NCBI GenBank assembly: GCA_041658985.1 | Contig: JBAZZC010000006.1 | Location: forward strand, 2,369-66,368 | DNA from: Minisyncoccota bacterium | Lineage (GTDB): Bacteria; Patescibacteriota; Minisyncoccia; Phycocordibacterales; DATDWN01 | Length of the DNA stretch: 64,000 nt | Direction of reading: 5' to 3' | Shown here: positions 1 through 9,728 of the stretch, piece by piece | How positions within the stretch are numbered: the stretch's first letter is position 1 | Layout: each line of letters opens with the position of its first letter | Notes under the pieces: generated by a model | The model's input: the letters and a program-made list of their open reading frames with translations, nothing else | Databases searched by the model: none | What the model was told of the DNA's origin: nothing | Position numbers and translations under genes: made by a program

Positions 1-102
1 TGCGACGAACCAATCGGACTCAAAAGGCTCGAGGCTCTACCTGAAGCAAGTCGCTGTGTGACCTGCGAAGAGAAATTCGAGGAAGACAAACAACAGCACT
101 AG
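1..102 (+). CDS. TraR/DksA C4-type zinc-finger protein, 3' end (partial)
   Basis: Frame 1 reads CDEPIGLKRLEALPEASRCVTCEEKFEEDKQQH*, matching the DksA/TraR C4 finger pattern (C..EPI...RLEALP.A..C..C). GC-rich and followed by hairpins. Confidence 0.8.
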   Translation, partial: CDEPIGLKRLEALPEASRCVTCEEKFEEDKQQH

Positions 103-175
103 CCTGCCCAAGTACACTTGGGGGTGTTCCGGACCGGATCCCAGCCCGGCTCCGGAGCACTCCACCCCGCACACG

Positions 176-212
176 CCTCGTCGGCTAACCAAAATCGGCC
201 GATGAGGTTTTT
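176..212 (+). terminator. Intrinsic terminator
   Basis: CCTCGTCGGC...GCCGATGAGG stem followed by TTTTT. Confidence 0.65.
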
Positions 213-273
213 GTTATTTATCCGCAGGCTAACTAGTGATATAATAATCTAAGTTATAAATTAAATTAACTTT

Positions 274-2043
274 ATGTATAAAAAATTAATTTTTCTTGTC
301 CTTTTTGCTTTTTTGTCTGCCTACGCAGGCGGACCGTTATCTCTTTTTGCCGCTTCGGCTTCTATTGATTATTTCTATACCAGTACAACCGTCCCCGTCG
401 GCACTCAAATTTTCTTTAGAGTCAACCCCTTAGGCTTTCCTGGTTCTATTGTGTATTCAGTCACTGATTCCCTTTCCGGGTCCAGCGTCTCCAATTCACG
501 TATAGATAGCTATGGGTCATTTGTTTGGACACCAACCTTACAGGACGTCGGCACTCACAATATTATTATCAACTTGTCAGATTCATCCGGAAATACTGCC
601 TCTGTTACTCAACAAATAACAGTGCCTTTTGTACCCACTGTTGTAATCCAAAACCTTTTTCCCAGCACCTCGGTTAACGCCAAACAAACCGTTTTCTTTA
701 ACGCTTTTGCAACAGGATTTACAAACCCAACCTATTATGCCAGTGACTCTGTTTATAATTCAAGCATGACCGCAACAAACATGAACGCTTCTGGTGGTTT
801 CAGTTGGACACCCAGAGAATTTGATGCGGGAAGTCATGTTATTACCGTACTAGTAACAGACAGCGCCGGACACAGAGCCACTGCCACACAAACTATTACT
901 GTCGGAGTAGCCACTACGACCATAACGTTACTTTCTCCAGGAAATACAGTCGCCTCCAAACAAAATGTTACTTTTAAAGTTACCCCCACAGGTTTTACAA
1001 ACCCCACCCATGCAGTATCTGATTCTGTTTCGGGAAGTAGTATTGGTAATGGAAACATAAACGGTCTTGGGATTTTTAGTTGGACCCCCACTATAAATGA
1101 TTTAGGTACCCATCTAATTACAATAAAAACAAGTGATACCTCTGGAAATACCTCAACTATTTCACAACAAATAACCGTGACCAGTCCAAAAATAGAAATT
1201 TTATCTGTAAACCCTGGCACAGCCGTTAATGTTGGAACTATCCTATCTTTCATTGCGACTTCAACTGGATTAACAAACCCAAATTACACAATTACTGATT
1301 CATTGAGTGGAACAAGTGTCTCTAAGAGCAGTAGAGCCACAACTGGTGGCTTCTCTTGGACTCCAAAAGGTAACGACTTGGGGTCGCACACCATAAGAAT
1401 ATTGGCCATGGATAATTATGGTAGTAGTGCAAATGGAGAGGTGTTAGTAACAGTCAAACCGCAAACAAATGCAGTAATTTCTTATCCTGCAGGTAGCGGA
1501 ATTGTAACCCCCCCAACAAATACTAAGACCACAGTCACAAATTATACCTTTAAAAAATATCTTTCTCTTGGGTCATCCGGTGCTGATGTTTCTGCACTAC
1601 AGACCATTCTAAAACAAAAAGGATTTTTGTCTGGAGATATTACTGGATATTATGGAAATCTAACGACAAAAGCTGTTAGAGATTTTCAGTTGTCAAAAGG
1701 TCTAGAACAAGCTGGAGTTATAGGCCCAAGAACAAGAGTGGCGTTAAATAGCTTGAGTAATACTACAACTACTTCAACTCCCCCAACCACATCAGCGACC
1801 CCAGGAGCAGGAACAAACACTGCAAAATACACATTTACTAAACCATTAACGATAGGTTCGGCCGGCACCGAAGTGTTTGAGTTACAAAAAAAATTAACCA
1901 GTCTAGGTCTATATTCTGGGCCAATTACTGGAACATATAACTCATTAACCTGGGAGGCAGTTAAAAAATTCCAATCTCAACATAACCTAGAACAAGTTGG
2001 GAGTATTGGGCCGGGCACAAGAAACGCCCTAAATAATAACTAA
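274..2043 (+). CDS. Secreted surface protein with four Ig/cadherin-like repeats and two peptidoglycan-binding (PG_binding_1-like) domains
   Basis: Signal peptide; four repeats of F.WTP...D.G.H.I; Thr-rich linkers; two C-terminal L..GS.G..V..LQ..L...G...G..TG.Y..LT..AV..FQ...GL...G.IGP.TR.ALN repeats. Confidence 0.8.
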   Translation: MYKKLIFLVLFAFLSAYAGGPLSLFAASASIDYFYTSTTVPVGTQIFFRVNPLGFPGSIVYSVTDSLSGSSVSNSRIDSYGSFVWTPTLQDVGTHNIIINLSDSSGNTASVTQQITVPFVPTVVIQNLFPSTSVNAKQTVFFNAFATGFTNPTYYASDSVYNSSMTATNMNASGGFSWTPREFDAGSHVITVLVTDSAGHRATATQTITVGVATTTITLLSPGNTVASKQNVTFKVTPTGFTNPTHAVSDSVSGSSIGNGNINGLGIFSWTPTINDLGTHLITIKTSDTSGNTSTISQQITVTSPKIEILSVNPGTAVNVGTILSFIATSTGLTNPNYTITDSLSGTSVSKSSRATTGGFSWTPKGNDLGSHTIRILAMDNYGSSANGEVLVTVKPQTNAVISYPAGSGIVTPPTNTKTTVTNYTFKKYLSLGSSGADVSALQTILKQKGFLSGDITGYYGNLTTKAVRDFQLSKGLEQAGVIGPRTRVALNSLSNTTTTSTPPTTSATPGAGTNTAKYTFTKPLTIGSAGTEVFELQKKLTSLGLYSGPITGTYNSLTWEAVKKFQSQHNLEQVGSIGPGTRNALNNN

Positions 2044-2607
2044 TTATACTAATTTTTGTTCAGTGTGACTATGTATATCTCCAACTTTATTTTGGTGACT
2101 AAATATTATTCTACGAACTTCTTCTGGATGCCTAACGGTTGTCATATTAAATTCCTGACTATTTTCACTGGCAGTTTGAACTCTAATGTTTCCGAACTTT
2201 AAAAAAGTTGGGATAAAACCCTGAACATCTAATGTAACATCCTGTATTCTATCAAAACGCAGATTTGAAACCTCTCTATGAAAAATGTTTTTTTGGTCAA
2301 TTATAATAATACGTTTTTCCGTTACATACCAAACATCTAAATAGTATTTTGTCCATTCAACAAAAAAGGAAATCCACAGAAAAAGTAACCACAGTGTATA
2401 AAAAAATAAAAAAAGAGCATATTTATTTCCATAAAAATTTATATTAAAAAATTCAGGAATAAATATTTCAACTATCTTAAATAAGATAATCGGCAAAAGA
2501 GCAGCAAATAGCAAAACTGTGGCATAACCCACAAAAACGATCCAGTGTTTACGAACTTCAAAGACAACATGCTCGTCCGACTCTAGATGTAGTGCTTTGT
2601 ATAACAT
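2044..2607 (-). CDS. Membrane protein with bacterial PH domain (bPH_2-like)
   Basis: Two TM segments, then YVTEKRIII...RIQDV...FGNIRVQTA. Confidence 0.75.
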   Translation of the reverse strand: MLYKALHLESDEHVVFEVRKHWIVFVGYATVLLFAALLPIILFKIVEIFIPEFFNINFYGNKYALFLFFYTLWLLFLWISFFVEWTKYYLDVWYVTEKRIIIIDQKNIFHREVSNLRFDRIQDVTLDVQGFIPTFLKFGNIRVQTASENSQEFNMTTVRHPEEVRRIIFSHQNKVGDIHSHTEQKLV

Positions 2608-2609
2608 GA

Positions 2610-2858
2610 TTAGTAATAATTTAAAGCTATAGTGGAAATCACAAACAAAGTTACCGATACTATTACAAATGTAGTCTCAGCAAGAATAACCTTAGCACTA
2701 TACATTCCATATTCAGACCAGTGATAGATAAGAGCCGCAGAGACAATCACATATAAAACAAAAAAGAGTCCTAAAACAATAGGAAGAATTGGTGTGGTAC
2801 TAAAAAAGGATGACATAAAATTTGGAAGTGCTGGAATTATGAATGGTGGTGGTTCCAT
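2610..2858 (-). CDS. Small two-TM membrane protein
   Basis: Hydrophobic ORF. Start moved to ATG 2858 (MEPPP) because the upstream extension lies inside a repeat element. Confidence 0.65.
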   Translation of the reverse strand: MEPPPFIIPALPNFMSSFFSTTPILPIVLGLFFVLYVIVSAALIYHWSEYGMYSAKVILAETTFVIVSVTLFVISTIALNYY

Positions 2859-2870
2859 ATAAATATTTAT

Positions 2871-3001
2871 CCGCACACTAATTTTGCCATTGTTTTCAAT
2901 ATTCTGCAACAGAACCCTGTATAAATTCGACTTGAACTGTTTGCGTCAAAAAAATAGAAAGCCATGTTGAAAACCAGAATGATGGCAAATTTAGTGTTCG
3001 G
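2871..3001. repeat. Palindromic element family P1, copy A
   Basis: CCGCACACTAATTTTGCCAT...ATGGCAAATTTAGTGTTCGG; 131 bp. Confidence 0.85.
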
Positions 3002-3021
3002 ATATACCAAATAAAGAAAAA

Positions 3022-3618
3022 CTATTCACTTTTGATAAGATACTTTTTAGCAAGCTTGCTAGATATTATAAACGAAAGAACAACAATAATAATACTTATT
3101 ACAATAAACCCAATAATATTTAGATACCCGTCTATTTTTATATATGAACTACCAATATAATACCCCAAAAACAACAAAGCAGAAGTTTTTAGAATAGTCA
3201 TTATTAAATTAATCCAAAGATATTGAAGGAAATTAACTTTAGCAATTCCCGCTGTTATCTGTATTACCGTACCCGTACCATGAAAAAATTTTGCCGCAAG
3301 GAGTGTCTTGATTTTGTGCTTTCTAAAGTGATTCTCCAAAAACTCCTCACTATTTTCATCATAGCCAAACCAGGACCCGTGTTTTTTTATCCAGACAGAC
3401 TTTTGCCAATATCTACCAACAACATAATGTAATACATCTCCCGTTAAATCACCCACAGCCAACAAAATATAAACTATATAAATATTCAACAAACCCAAAT
3501 AAATAAAAAAGCCAGAAATAACCGTGACGATTGGGCCTTCAAACACTGCGATTGGAAAAATCAGTAAGTATTTATATTGTTCTAAAAAAAACGAAATATC
3601 CGATGAGGATAAAAACAT
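3022..3618 (-). CDS. DedA/VTT family membrane protein
   Basis: EGP..GDLTGD..HY.VGRY pattern and AG...V.F..YL..N pattern; multiple TM segments. Confidence 0.85.
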   Translation of the reverse strand: MFLSSSDISFFLEQYKYLLIFPIAVFEGPIVTVISGFFIYLGLLNIYIVYILLAVGDLTGDVLHYVVGRYWQKSVWIKKHGSWFGYDENSEEFLENHFRKHKIKTLLAAKFFHGTGTVIQITAGIAKVNFLQYLWINLIMTILKTSALLFLGYYIGSSYIKIDGYLNIIGFIVISIIIVVLSFIISSKLAKKYLIKSE

Positions 3619-3743
3619 ACTAAAATAATGACAATTATATAGATAAAAAGCAAGTAGAAAAATTAAATTGACTTATGGAAAAAAATTTGCTTTAATTGGC
3701 CTATCAACTGGCTCTGGGGCCTTTTTTAAATTGAACTGTATCT

Positions 3744-3867
3744 TTTGATTTGAAGATTTGGATGCAGTTCGCGAAAGACGAAAAAAATATGACGAGCTTT
3801 ACTCGTCGTAAAGTGAGGAATGTTTTTTGAAGTCCGACAAAGAAATGCGCCAAATATACAAATCAAA
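3744..3867 (+). other. Long imperfect hairpin in typA 5' leader
   Basis: TTTGATTTGAAGATTTGGATGCA pairs with TGCGCCAAATATACAAATCAAA; inner GACGAAAAAAATAT/ATGTTTTTTGAAGTC stem. Ends 3 nt before the typA ATG. Confidence 0.65.
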
Positions 3868-3870
3868 CAT

Positions 3871-5673
3871 ATGGAAATTAGAAACATAGCTATCATAGCC
3901 CACGTAGATCACGGCAAGACCACACTGACTGATGCTCTTATGCGTCAAACAGGAATGGTCACAGAAGAAAACGTGACAATGGATTCAAATGCACTTGAAC
4001 TAGAACGAGGTATTACTATTTATGCAAAAAACACATCCATTTATTATCCGTCCCAAAACTCCGGTAGAGAAGTAACAAAAATAAACATTGTAGATACTCC
4101 AGGGCACTCTGATTTTGGTTCAGAGGTGGAGCGAGTGCTTCGTTCTATTGATACAGTTTTACTTTTAGTTGATGCTCAGGAAGGACCAATGCCTCAAACA
4201 AGATTTGTTTTAAAAAAATCTCTAGAACTAGGATTAAAACCAATTGTTATAATAAACAAAATTGATAAGCCCGCATCCAGACCAGAAGAAGTCCACGAAC
4301 TTGTTCTTGAACTTTTTATGGAGCTCGGAGCAAATGATGAACAGCTAAACTTCACAACTGTCTACGCAATAGGGCGAGATGGAATAGCTAAGATGAAGTT
4401 AGAAGATGAGAGTAAAGATTTGACTCCCCTACTAGAGACAATTCTAGGGGAAGTTCCACCTGCCTCTGGTGACAAAAATCTTCCAGCCAGACTTCAGTCT
4501 TTCAATTTATCATATGACAACTTTCTCGGACGACTTGCTGTTTGTCGAGTATACGAAGGCACAATAAAAAACGGCGATGCTGTTTTTGTTAAACAACATG
4601 AGGGAGGAAAAATTATTCCAGGAAAATTGACAAAGCTTTTTAGTTTTGAGGGAATAAAAAGAAAAGAAATAGAAGAAGCTGTGGCTGGAGATATTGTTAT
4701 GATAGCCGGATTGCCTTCGGTCTATATTGGAGACACAATTTGTAAAGATGAAAACGCAGAGATGCTTCCCTCTATTAACATAGACGAACCAACAATCTCT
4801 CTCAATTTTTTGGTTAATGACTCCCCCTTTGCCGGAAGAGAAGGAAAATATGTGACAGGAAGACAAATCCGAGAAAGACTAGAAAAAGAACTAGAAATAA
4901 ATGTTGGTCTGAAAATTGACTGGAATGATAATTCTCCGTCAATTGGTTATACAGTTTACGGCCGTGGCGAATTACATATTGCCATCCTTCTTGAAAACAT
5001 GCGCCGAGAAGGTTATGAACTTCAAGTGTCACAACCAAAAGTTATCATAAAAGAAAAGGATGGAGTACAACTTGAACCATTTGAGGAAGTAACCATAGAT
5101 GTTCCCGAGGAATTGGCTAGTTCTGTTATATCAAAACTGACCGAAAGAAGAGGAATTCTCATGAATGTAAAGAAAACCCACGGGCACCAGAGAGTAATTT
5201 TTGAAATCCCAACCAGAGGACTTTTGGGTTATAGAGGACAATTTATTGTAGATACAAAGGGTCTGGGAATATTAGCCTCTAGGTTTGTAGAATTTCGTCC
5301 ATATGTCGGTGAGATAAAACGCACAAGTTATGGCTCTATGGTTTCAATGGAAAGTGGTAAGGTTTTGGCTTTTGCACTAGATAATCTCCAACAAAGAGGC
5401 ACTCTTTACGTTGAGCCTGGGGTTGAGGTCTATATTGGAATGGTGATAGGAAATGTTTCCAAGGGTGATGACTTGTCAGTCAACCCAACAAAAGGCAAAC
5501 AACTATCAAACATGCGGGCTTCCGGTTCAGATGATAAAGTCTATCTTGCCGCAACATATAAATTAGATATTGAAAAAGCTATGGAGACAATGAATGCCGA
5601 TGAGTTTATAGAAATTACTCCAAAATCAGTGCGTCTCAGAAAAAAAATAGTAAAGAAACCACTACCTAAGTAG
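3871..5673 (+). CDS. typA: Translational GTPase TypA/BipA
   Basis: IRNIAIIAHVDHGKTTL, ERGITI, DTPGHSDFG, GRGELH, EITPKSVRLRK. Start set at MEIRN (3871). Confidence 0.97.
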   Translation: MEIRNIAIIAHVDHGKTTLTDALMRQTGMVTEENVTMDSNALELERGITIYAKNTSIYYPSQNSGREVTKINIVDTPGHSDFGSEVERVLRSIDTVLLLVDAQEGPMPQTRFVLKKSLELGLKPIVIINKIDKPASRPEEVHELVLELFMELGANDEQLNFTTVYAIGRDGIAKMKLEDESKDLTPLLETILGEVPPASGDKNLPARLQSFNLSYDNFLGRLAVCRVYEGTIKNGDAVFVKQHEGGKIIPGKLTKLFSFEGIKRKEIEEAVAGDIVMIAGLPSVYIGDTICKDENAEMLPSINIDEPTISLNFLVNDSPFAGREGKYVTGRQIRERLEKELEINVGLKIDWNDNSPSIGYTVYGRGELHIAILLENMRREGYELQVSQPKVIIKEKDGVQLEPFEEVTIDVPEELASSVISKLTERRGILMNVKKTHGHQRVIFEIPTRGLLGYRGQFIVDTKGLGILASRFVEFRPYVGEIKRTSYGSMVSMESGKVLAFALDNLQQRGTLYVEPGVEVYIGMVIGNVSKGDDLSVNPTKGKQLSNMRASGSDDKVYLAATYKLDIEKAMETMNADEFIEITPKSVRLRKKIVKKPLPK

Positions 5674-5706
5674 TAAAATCTAGAATTTCTATTGATTTTT
5701 ATTAAG

Positions 5707-5761
5707 AAGATGACCTCACCACACGCCGGAGTGTTGTAGTGCGTGCGATGAGGCCATTTTC
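5707..5761. terminator. Hairpin/terminator between convergent typA and HTH gene
   Basis: ATGACCTCACCACACGC...GCGTGCGATGAGGCCAT inverted repeat. Confidence 0.6.
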
Positions 5762-5778
5762 TCTACAAGAACTGGGGG

Positions 5779-6126
5779 CTAGTGCTGACGGACGGCATAT
5801 CGCCACCGGTGGTTTAATCTCACGGGTGCTTGCCGTGGCCGAGTAAAGACCAAAAGAAACTGCTCGGCCCGCCTTTTCTCATCTTTTTCCAGTCGTTCCA
5901 CAGCGAAAAGCACGGCGACAATCCTGCCAAGTGGCTCCTGAGGAAACTTGTACGCCTCCCCATGCTCCACATCGCGCACGACTTCTCTTTCCACGTGCGC
6001 AAGCTCGGCGAGTTCAACCCGACTGATTGAGGGATACCTCTCTCTCCCACACCGAACAATATGACCAAACGCCCTCACGACCCGAACCATCGCCTTTGAC
6101 ATGCGACCCCCACGATTAGATGCCAC
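5779..6126 (-). CDS. XRE-type helix-turn-helix protein (GC-rich orphan cassette)
   Basis: ISRVELAELAHVEREVVRDVEHG resembles HTH_3; GC-rich relative to flanks. Start may be ATG 6102. Confidence 0.6.
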   Translation of the reverse strand: MASNRGGRMSKAMVRVVRAFGHIVRCGRERYPSISRVELAELAHVEREVVRDVEHGEAYKFPQEPLGRIVAVLFAVERLEKDEKRRAEQFLLVFTRPRQAPVRLNHRWRYAVRQH

Positions 6127-6173
6127 ACTCCACTTACAATCAAATCATTATCACAAAAACTTTGCAAACACAT

Positions 6174-6938
6174 TTATAAACAGTCATTTATATCAAACTC
6201 TCCAATACGTGTTCTTTTTATGTGAAAAGTTGTGGCAATAGCATCAAAAACCCCAGCAAAATCGGAGACAAGTTGTCTAACATAAAAACCACTTGATGCA
6301 GACATTGAGATTTGATCTATAACAAAATCTTTTTCCAAATTATTTACCAAAATTTCTACCCATTTGTTTAAAATTTCTTTCTGTCTGAAATCCCCAATAA
6401 CCAATTTAATTTTTGCTTTAACATCATTTAATAAATCACTACCCTTGATTGTCCTCCTAGAGATATGACCGGCTTCAAATATCTCAACCTCGTGTTTTGG
6501 TATCTCTATTTCATGAAGTTTTCCGCTTCTGGCCCAAGTTAAAAGAGGTACTCCGTTTACTGGTTTGGATGAATAGGCCGGATATTTTTGTTCAAATTTA
6601 CCAACTAGCTCTTCAACGGCTTTCTTGACCTCCACCGTTGTGGGTATACTTAATTCTTTTGTAGAAACAAGACCAAGCAAATCCAAGGTGTCGGTCGAAA
6701 ATCCCCAAAGTATTTCAAAAACATATGTTTTTTTTAAATCCAAATATTTTTCTTTTTCAAGAATTTCGACACCAGACAAGACCAAAAGAAGCCCCTCGGC
6801 AATTGGGTCAAGACGACCAGCATAGGTCATGGGAACATCAAAATATGCCTTATTTTCCATCTTAAATCTCATGACGGCCTGATTCGGTGTCTCCCCCAGT
6901 TTCTTGTATAATAAATGTTGACCACTATTTTTTTCCAT
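6174..6938 (-). CDS. truB: tRNA pseudouridine(55) synthase TruB-like
   Basis: YAGRLDPIAEGLL, KTY, TDTLD, QKYPAYSS, SSGFYVRQL, IKRTRIG. Confidence 0.88.
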   Translation of the reverse strand: MEKNSGQHLLYKKLGETPNQAVMRFKMENKAYFDVPMTYAGRLDPIAEGLLLVLSGVEILEKEKYLDLKKTYVFEILWGFSTDTLDLLGLVSTKELSIPTTVEVKKAVEELVGKFEQKYPAYSSKPVNGVPLLTWARSGKLHEIEIPKHEVEIFEAGHISRRTIKGSDLLNDVKAKIKLVIGDFRQKEILNKWVEILVNNLEKDFVIDQISMSASSGFYVRQLVSDFAGVFDAIATTFHIKRTRIGEFDINDCL

Positions 6939-6957
6939 ATACTCTGATACAATTAAT

Positions 6958-7093
6958 CCGAACACTAACTTTAGCATCGTTGCCTAGTGTTTTCGTATAT
7001 TATTACCCAATTTGATATTTACTATAGAATAATACATAGTTAATACTAAATAACAAGCAACAGTAAAAACACAATGCTAAAGTTAGTGTGCGG
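6958..7093. repeat. Palindromic element family P1, copy B
   Basis: CCGAACACTAACTTTAGCAT...ATGCTAAAGTTAGTGTGCGG; 136 bp; fills the divergent truB/hisS spacer. Confidence 0.88.
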
Positions 7094-7099
7094 ATAAAT

Positions 7100-8386
7100 A
7101 TGAGCAATAAATCAAAATTAAGCACAGAGAGTTATAAGGGGGTTAGGGATTTTTATCCTGAGGATTTATTTATTCAAAATTATATTTTTAACACCTGGCG
7201 GAGGGTTGTGGAAAGTTTTGGCTACACAGAATACAGTGCTTCAGTACTGGAACCAGCTGAACTTTACAAAGCTAAAACTGGAGAAGAAATCGTTAACGAA
7301 CAAACTTACACCTTTACTGACCGTGGAAAACGAGAGGTAACTTTGCGTCCCGAAATGACTCCAACTGTTGCCCGAATGGTTGCCCAAAAACAACATGATT
7401 TGGTTTTTCCTCTGCGTTGGTATTCAATACCAAATCTTTTCCGATATGAGAAACCACAAAAGGGGCGCCTGCGAGAACACTGGCAATTAAATGTGGATAT
7501 TTTTGGAGTTGATTCTAATTATGCTGATATTGAAATAATCACTATCGCCCACCGAATAATGAAAGGCTTTGGAGCAAAGGATGATGACTTCGTAATAAAA
7601 ATCAATAATAGAAAAATAATAAATGCTTTGTATAAAAAATTTGATTTAGATGAAGAAAAATCCCACAAAGTCTCAAAAATTATAGACAAAAAAAATAAGA
7701 TTTCTGTTGCCGGCTTTGAAGAAGCCCTGACAGAAATTATGGGTGAAAGAGCCTTAGAGTTTATTACATCCATGGAATCAAACGAAAAACTAATTGAGGC
7801 CCTAGGAAGTAATAACAAATATACAAATGAACTGGCTTCCCTCATTGAACAACTTCAGGACTCTGGAGTAACAAACATTACTTTTGACCCAACACTTATG
7901 CGTGGCTTTGATTATTATACAGATATGGTTTTTGAGGTTTTTGATTTACACCCAGATAACAACAGGTCGGTTTTTGGGGGTGGCAGATACAATGACCTTT
8001 TGGACATCTTTGGGGCACCAAAAGTACCCGCAGTCGGATTTGGAGCTGGAGACGTAACGATAAGAGACTTTATGGAAACACACGGCCTAACACCCAAGTA
8101 TAAAAAAACTATTGACCTTTATATTTGCACTACCGAAACTAAATATGTAAAAGAGGCAAATAAACTGGCCAATAATTTACGACAAAACGGTTTGAATGTA
8201 GCTGTAGATTTTAGTGACAAAAAACTCGGTGACCAGGTCAAGACAGCCCACAAACAAAATATTCCTTATGTTATTTGTGTTGGTGAAGATGAGGTAAAAT
8301 CTGGTCTGTATAAAGTAAAAAATATGGATACTGGTGAGGAAGTAAAGGCAAGGATAGATGAGATAGTGAATGCTATTAAAAAATAG
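7100..8386 (+). CDS. hisS: Histidine--tRNA ligase
   Basis: KGVRDFYP, LRPEMT, FRYEKPQKGRLREH, RGFDYYT, GGGRY, C-terminal anticodon-binding domain. Confidence 0.97.
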   Translation: MSNKSKLSTESYKGVRDFYPEDLFIQNYIFNTWRRVVESFGYTEYSASVLEPAELYKAKTGEEIVNEQTYTFTDRGKREVTLRPEMTPTVARMVAQKQHDLVFPLRWYSIPNLFRYEKPQKGRLREHWQLNVDIFGVDSNYADIEIITIAHRIMKGFGAKDDDFVIKINNRKIINALYKKFDLDEEKSHKVSKIIDKKNKISVAGFEEALTEIMGERALEFITSMESNEKLIEALGSNNKYTNELASLIEQLQDSGVTNITFDPTLMRGFDYYTDMVFEVFDLHPDNNRSVFGGGRYNDLLDIFGAPKVPAVGFGAGDVTIRDFMETHGLTPKYKKTIDLYICTTETKYVKEANKLANNLRQNGLNVAVDFSDKKLGDQVKTAHKQNIPYVICVGEDEVKSGLYKVKNMDTGEEVKARIDEIVNAIKK

Positions 8387-8390
8387 TCTC

Positions 8391-8594
8391 AAATTTTAAA
8401 TAATATTTTAGACACGTATAAATCACTGGTGTGATTTTACTATGCTCGTCAATCAAGAAAACAATCTTCCTCAGTACTGGCCCTCTCGCAAACTCCTCGT
8501 TGAGTACAACTTCGTCAAACAGTGCTTCGGGCTGGCGTACTTCGTCGTTGTTTTCTAATTGACTGTGCAATGTCTAAAATATCACTTAAAATTT
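8391..8594 (-). repeat. Structured repeat family H1, copy 1
   Basis: Core 8410-8575 is a near-identical inverted copy of 47493-47646. The outer stem is different in sequence but self-complementary. Confidence 0.88.
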
Positions 8595-8628
8595 TGCGAA
8601 CGGTTAGGTTCACTGTTATACTGACAAT

Positions 8629-9210
8629 ATGAAAAAAATTGTTTTTGATATTGAAACAAAAAATATATTTCAGGATGTCGGGTCAAGTGACCCAGTTGAT
8701 TTAGATATCTCCCTAGTCGGAGTTTATGATTATGAAACAAATAAGTACGACAGTTTCCTGCAAGAGGATTTTGATAAGCTGTGGGACCTAATAAAAAAGA
8801 CAGATATGTTTATAACCTTCAACGGTGACCATTTTGATATTCCCCTGCTCAATAAATACTATAAAAAAGCCGGTCACGGAGACCTCTCAAAAATTCGTTC
8901 GCTGGATTTGCTTAAAGAAATCAGAAACTGCTACGGTCGGAGAATGAAACTAGACCAAATAGCCCAAGGCACTTTCGGAGCTGGAAAAAGCGGAGATGGA
9001 CTAGAGGCGGTAGCCTGGTGGCGAAACGGAGAAATAGAGAAAATAAGAAAATATTGTCTGGACGACGTCCGTCTGACCAAAGATGTCTACGAGTATGCCC
9101 TAAAAAATAAGAAACTAATCTTCAAAGAAGGGCCTTTTACAAAAGAAATCAAATTGGATACCAAACATTGGGAGCCAGTATCAGAAGTTAAAACGCAGAG
9201 TTTGTTTTAG
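8629..9210 (+). CDS. RNase H-like (DEDD/YprB-type) exonuclease domain protein
   Basis: FDIET, TFNGDHFDIP, KLDQIA, YCLDDV motifs. Confidence 0.85.
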   Translation: MKKIVFDIETKNIFQDVGSSDPVDLDISLVGVYDYETNKYDSFLQEDFDKLWDLIKKTDMFITFNGDHFDIPLLNKYYKKAGHGDLSKIRSLDLLKEIRNCYGRRMKLDQIAQGTFGAGKSGDGLEAVAWWRNGEIEKIRKYCLDDVRLTKDVYEYALKNKKLIFKEGPFTKEIKLDTKHWEPVSEVKTQSLF

Positions 9211-9213
9211 GTA

Positions 9214-9388
9214 AAAATCTTTTTTTCATCACAATCTTTTCAGAGCAACCCTAAGAAATTCCAGCGAATTTCTTAAGGCCAGTCCTCACCCTCTATCTGT
9301 CAAGAGCCCTCGCTTTGCTCGGGTCTATGACAGAACCATGCTAGAGGGTTGCGGGGTCTCTGAAAAAATTATGATTCAACAAGATTTT
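9214..9388 (-). ncRNA. Structured repeat family H2, copy 1 (putative structured RNA/ssDNA element)
   Basis: Homologous to 16175-16337 with conserved loops and compensatory stems; G-T pairs lie on the minus strand. Confidence 0.6.
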
Positions 9389-9442
9389 AATTTTTATTTA
9401 TCCCTAAGGTTGTGCCTTTAAAATTATTGTTTTTATAAACGA

Positions 9443-9487
9443 AAAAGAGGCGGCGGGGACTCTGCTGGCAGTCCCCACCCCTCTCGT
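9443..9487 (-). terminator. Intrinsic terminator of small GC-rich cassette
   Basis: Minus strand GGTGGGGACTGCCAGCAGAGTCCCCGCC followed by CTCTTTTT. Confidence 0.7.
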
Positions 9488-9561
9488 GTTCCTTGGCCAG
9501 AGTGCCTCGCTCCCTCGAGAGCTACTGGCCGTCAATCCACACATCTGACCGTGTCGTGTCG

Positions 9562-9660
9562 CTACTGGCCAGTCGAGGTCGCCGTCGGCGCCATCTTGGT
9601 GGTTGTCGCCGCCGCCGTCGTCCTGGTCTTCGCCGTGCGTCGCTTCGTCGCCGTGGTCAT
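9562..9660 (-). CDS. Putative 32-aa basic Thr/Ala-rich peptide
   Basis: AGGAGG SD 8 nt before ATG; MTTATKRRTAKTRTTAAATTTKMAPTATSTGQ*; lies between its own promoter and terminator. Confidence 0.5.
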   Translation of the reverse strand: MTTATKRRTAKTRTTAAATTTKMAPTATSTGQ

Positions 9661-9728
9661 TTCCTGCACCTCCTGTGTCCCGGAAAGAGTTGACGTGGAT
9701 GACGCGACTCCGCGATGCCATCCTCTAT

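Noticed and set aside
219-237. TTATCCGCAGGCTAACT resembling a P1 left end
   Set aside because: Two mismatches in the core and no matching right arm about 130 bp away; at most a relic.
8376-8570. ORFs MHSQLENNDEVRQPEALF (also within 47375-47701) that look like a duplicated protein
   Set aside because: They are translations of the H1 repeat with no shared start, stop or SD.
8597-8613. CGAAC-GGTTAG-GTTCAC as a second LexA box before the exonuclease gene
   Set aside because: The spacer is 6 nt rather than the 4 nt of the lexA promoter site; unsupported without a motif model.
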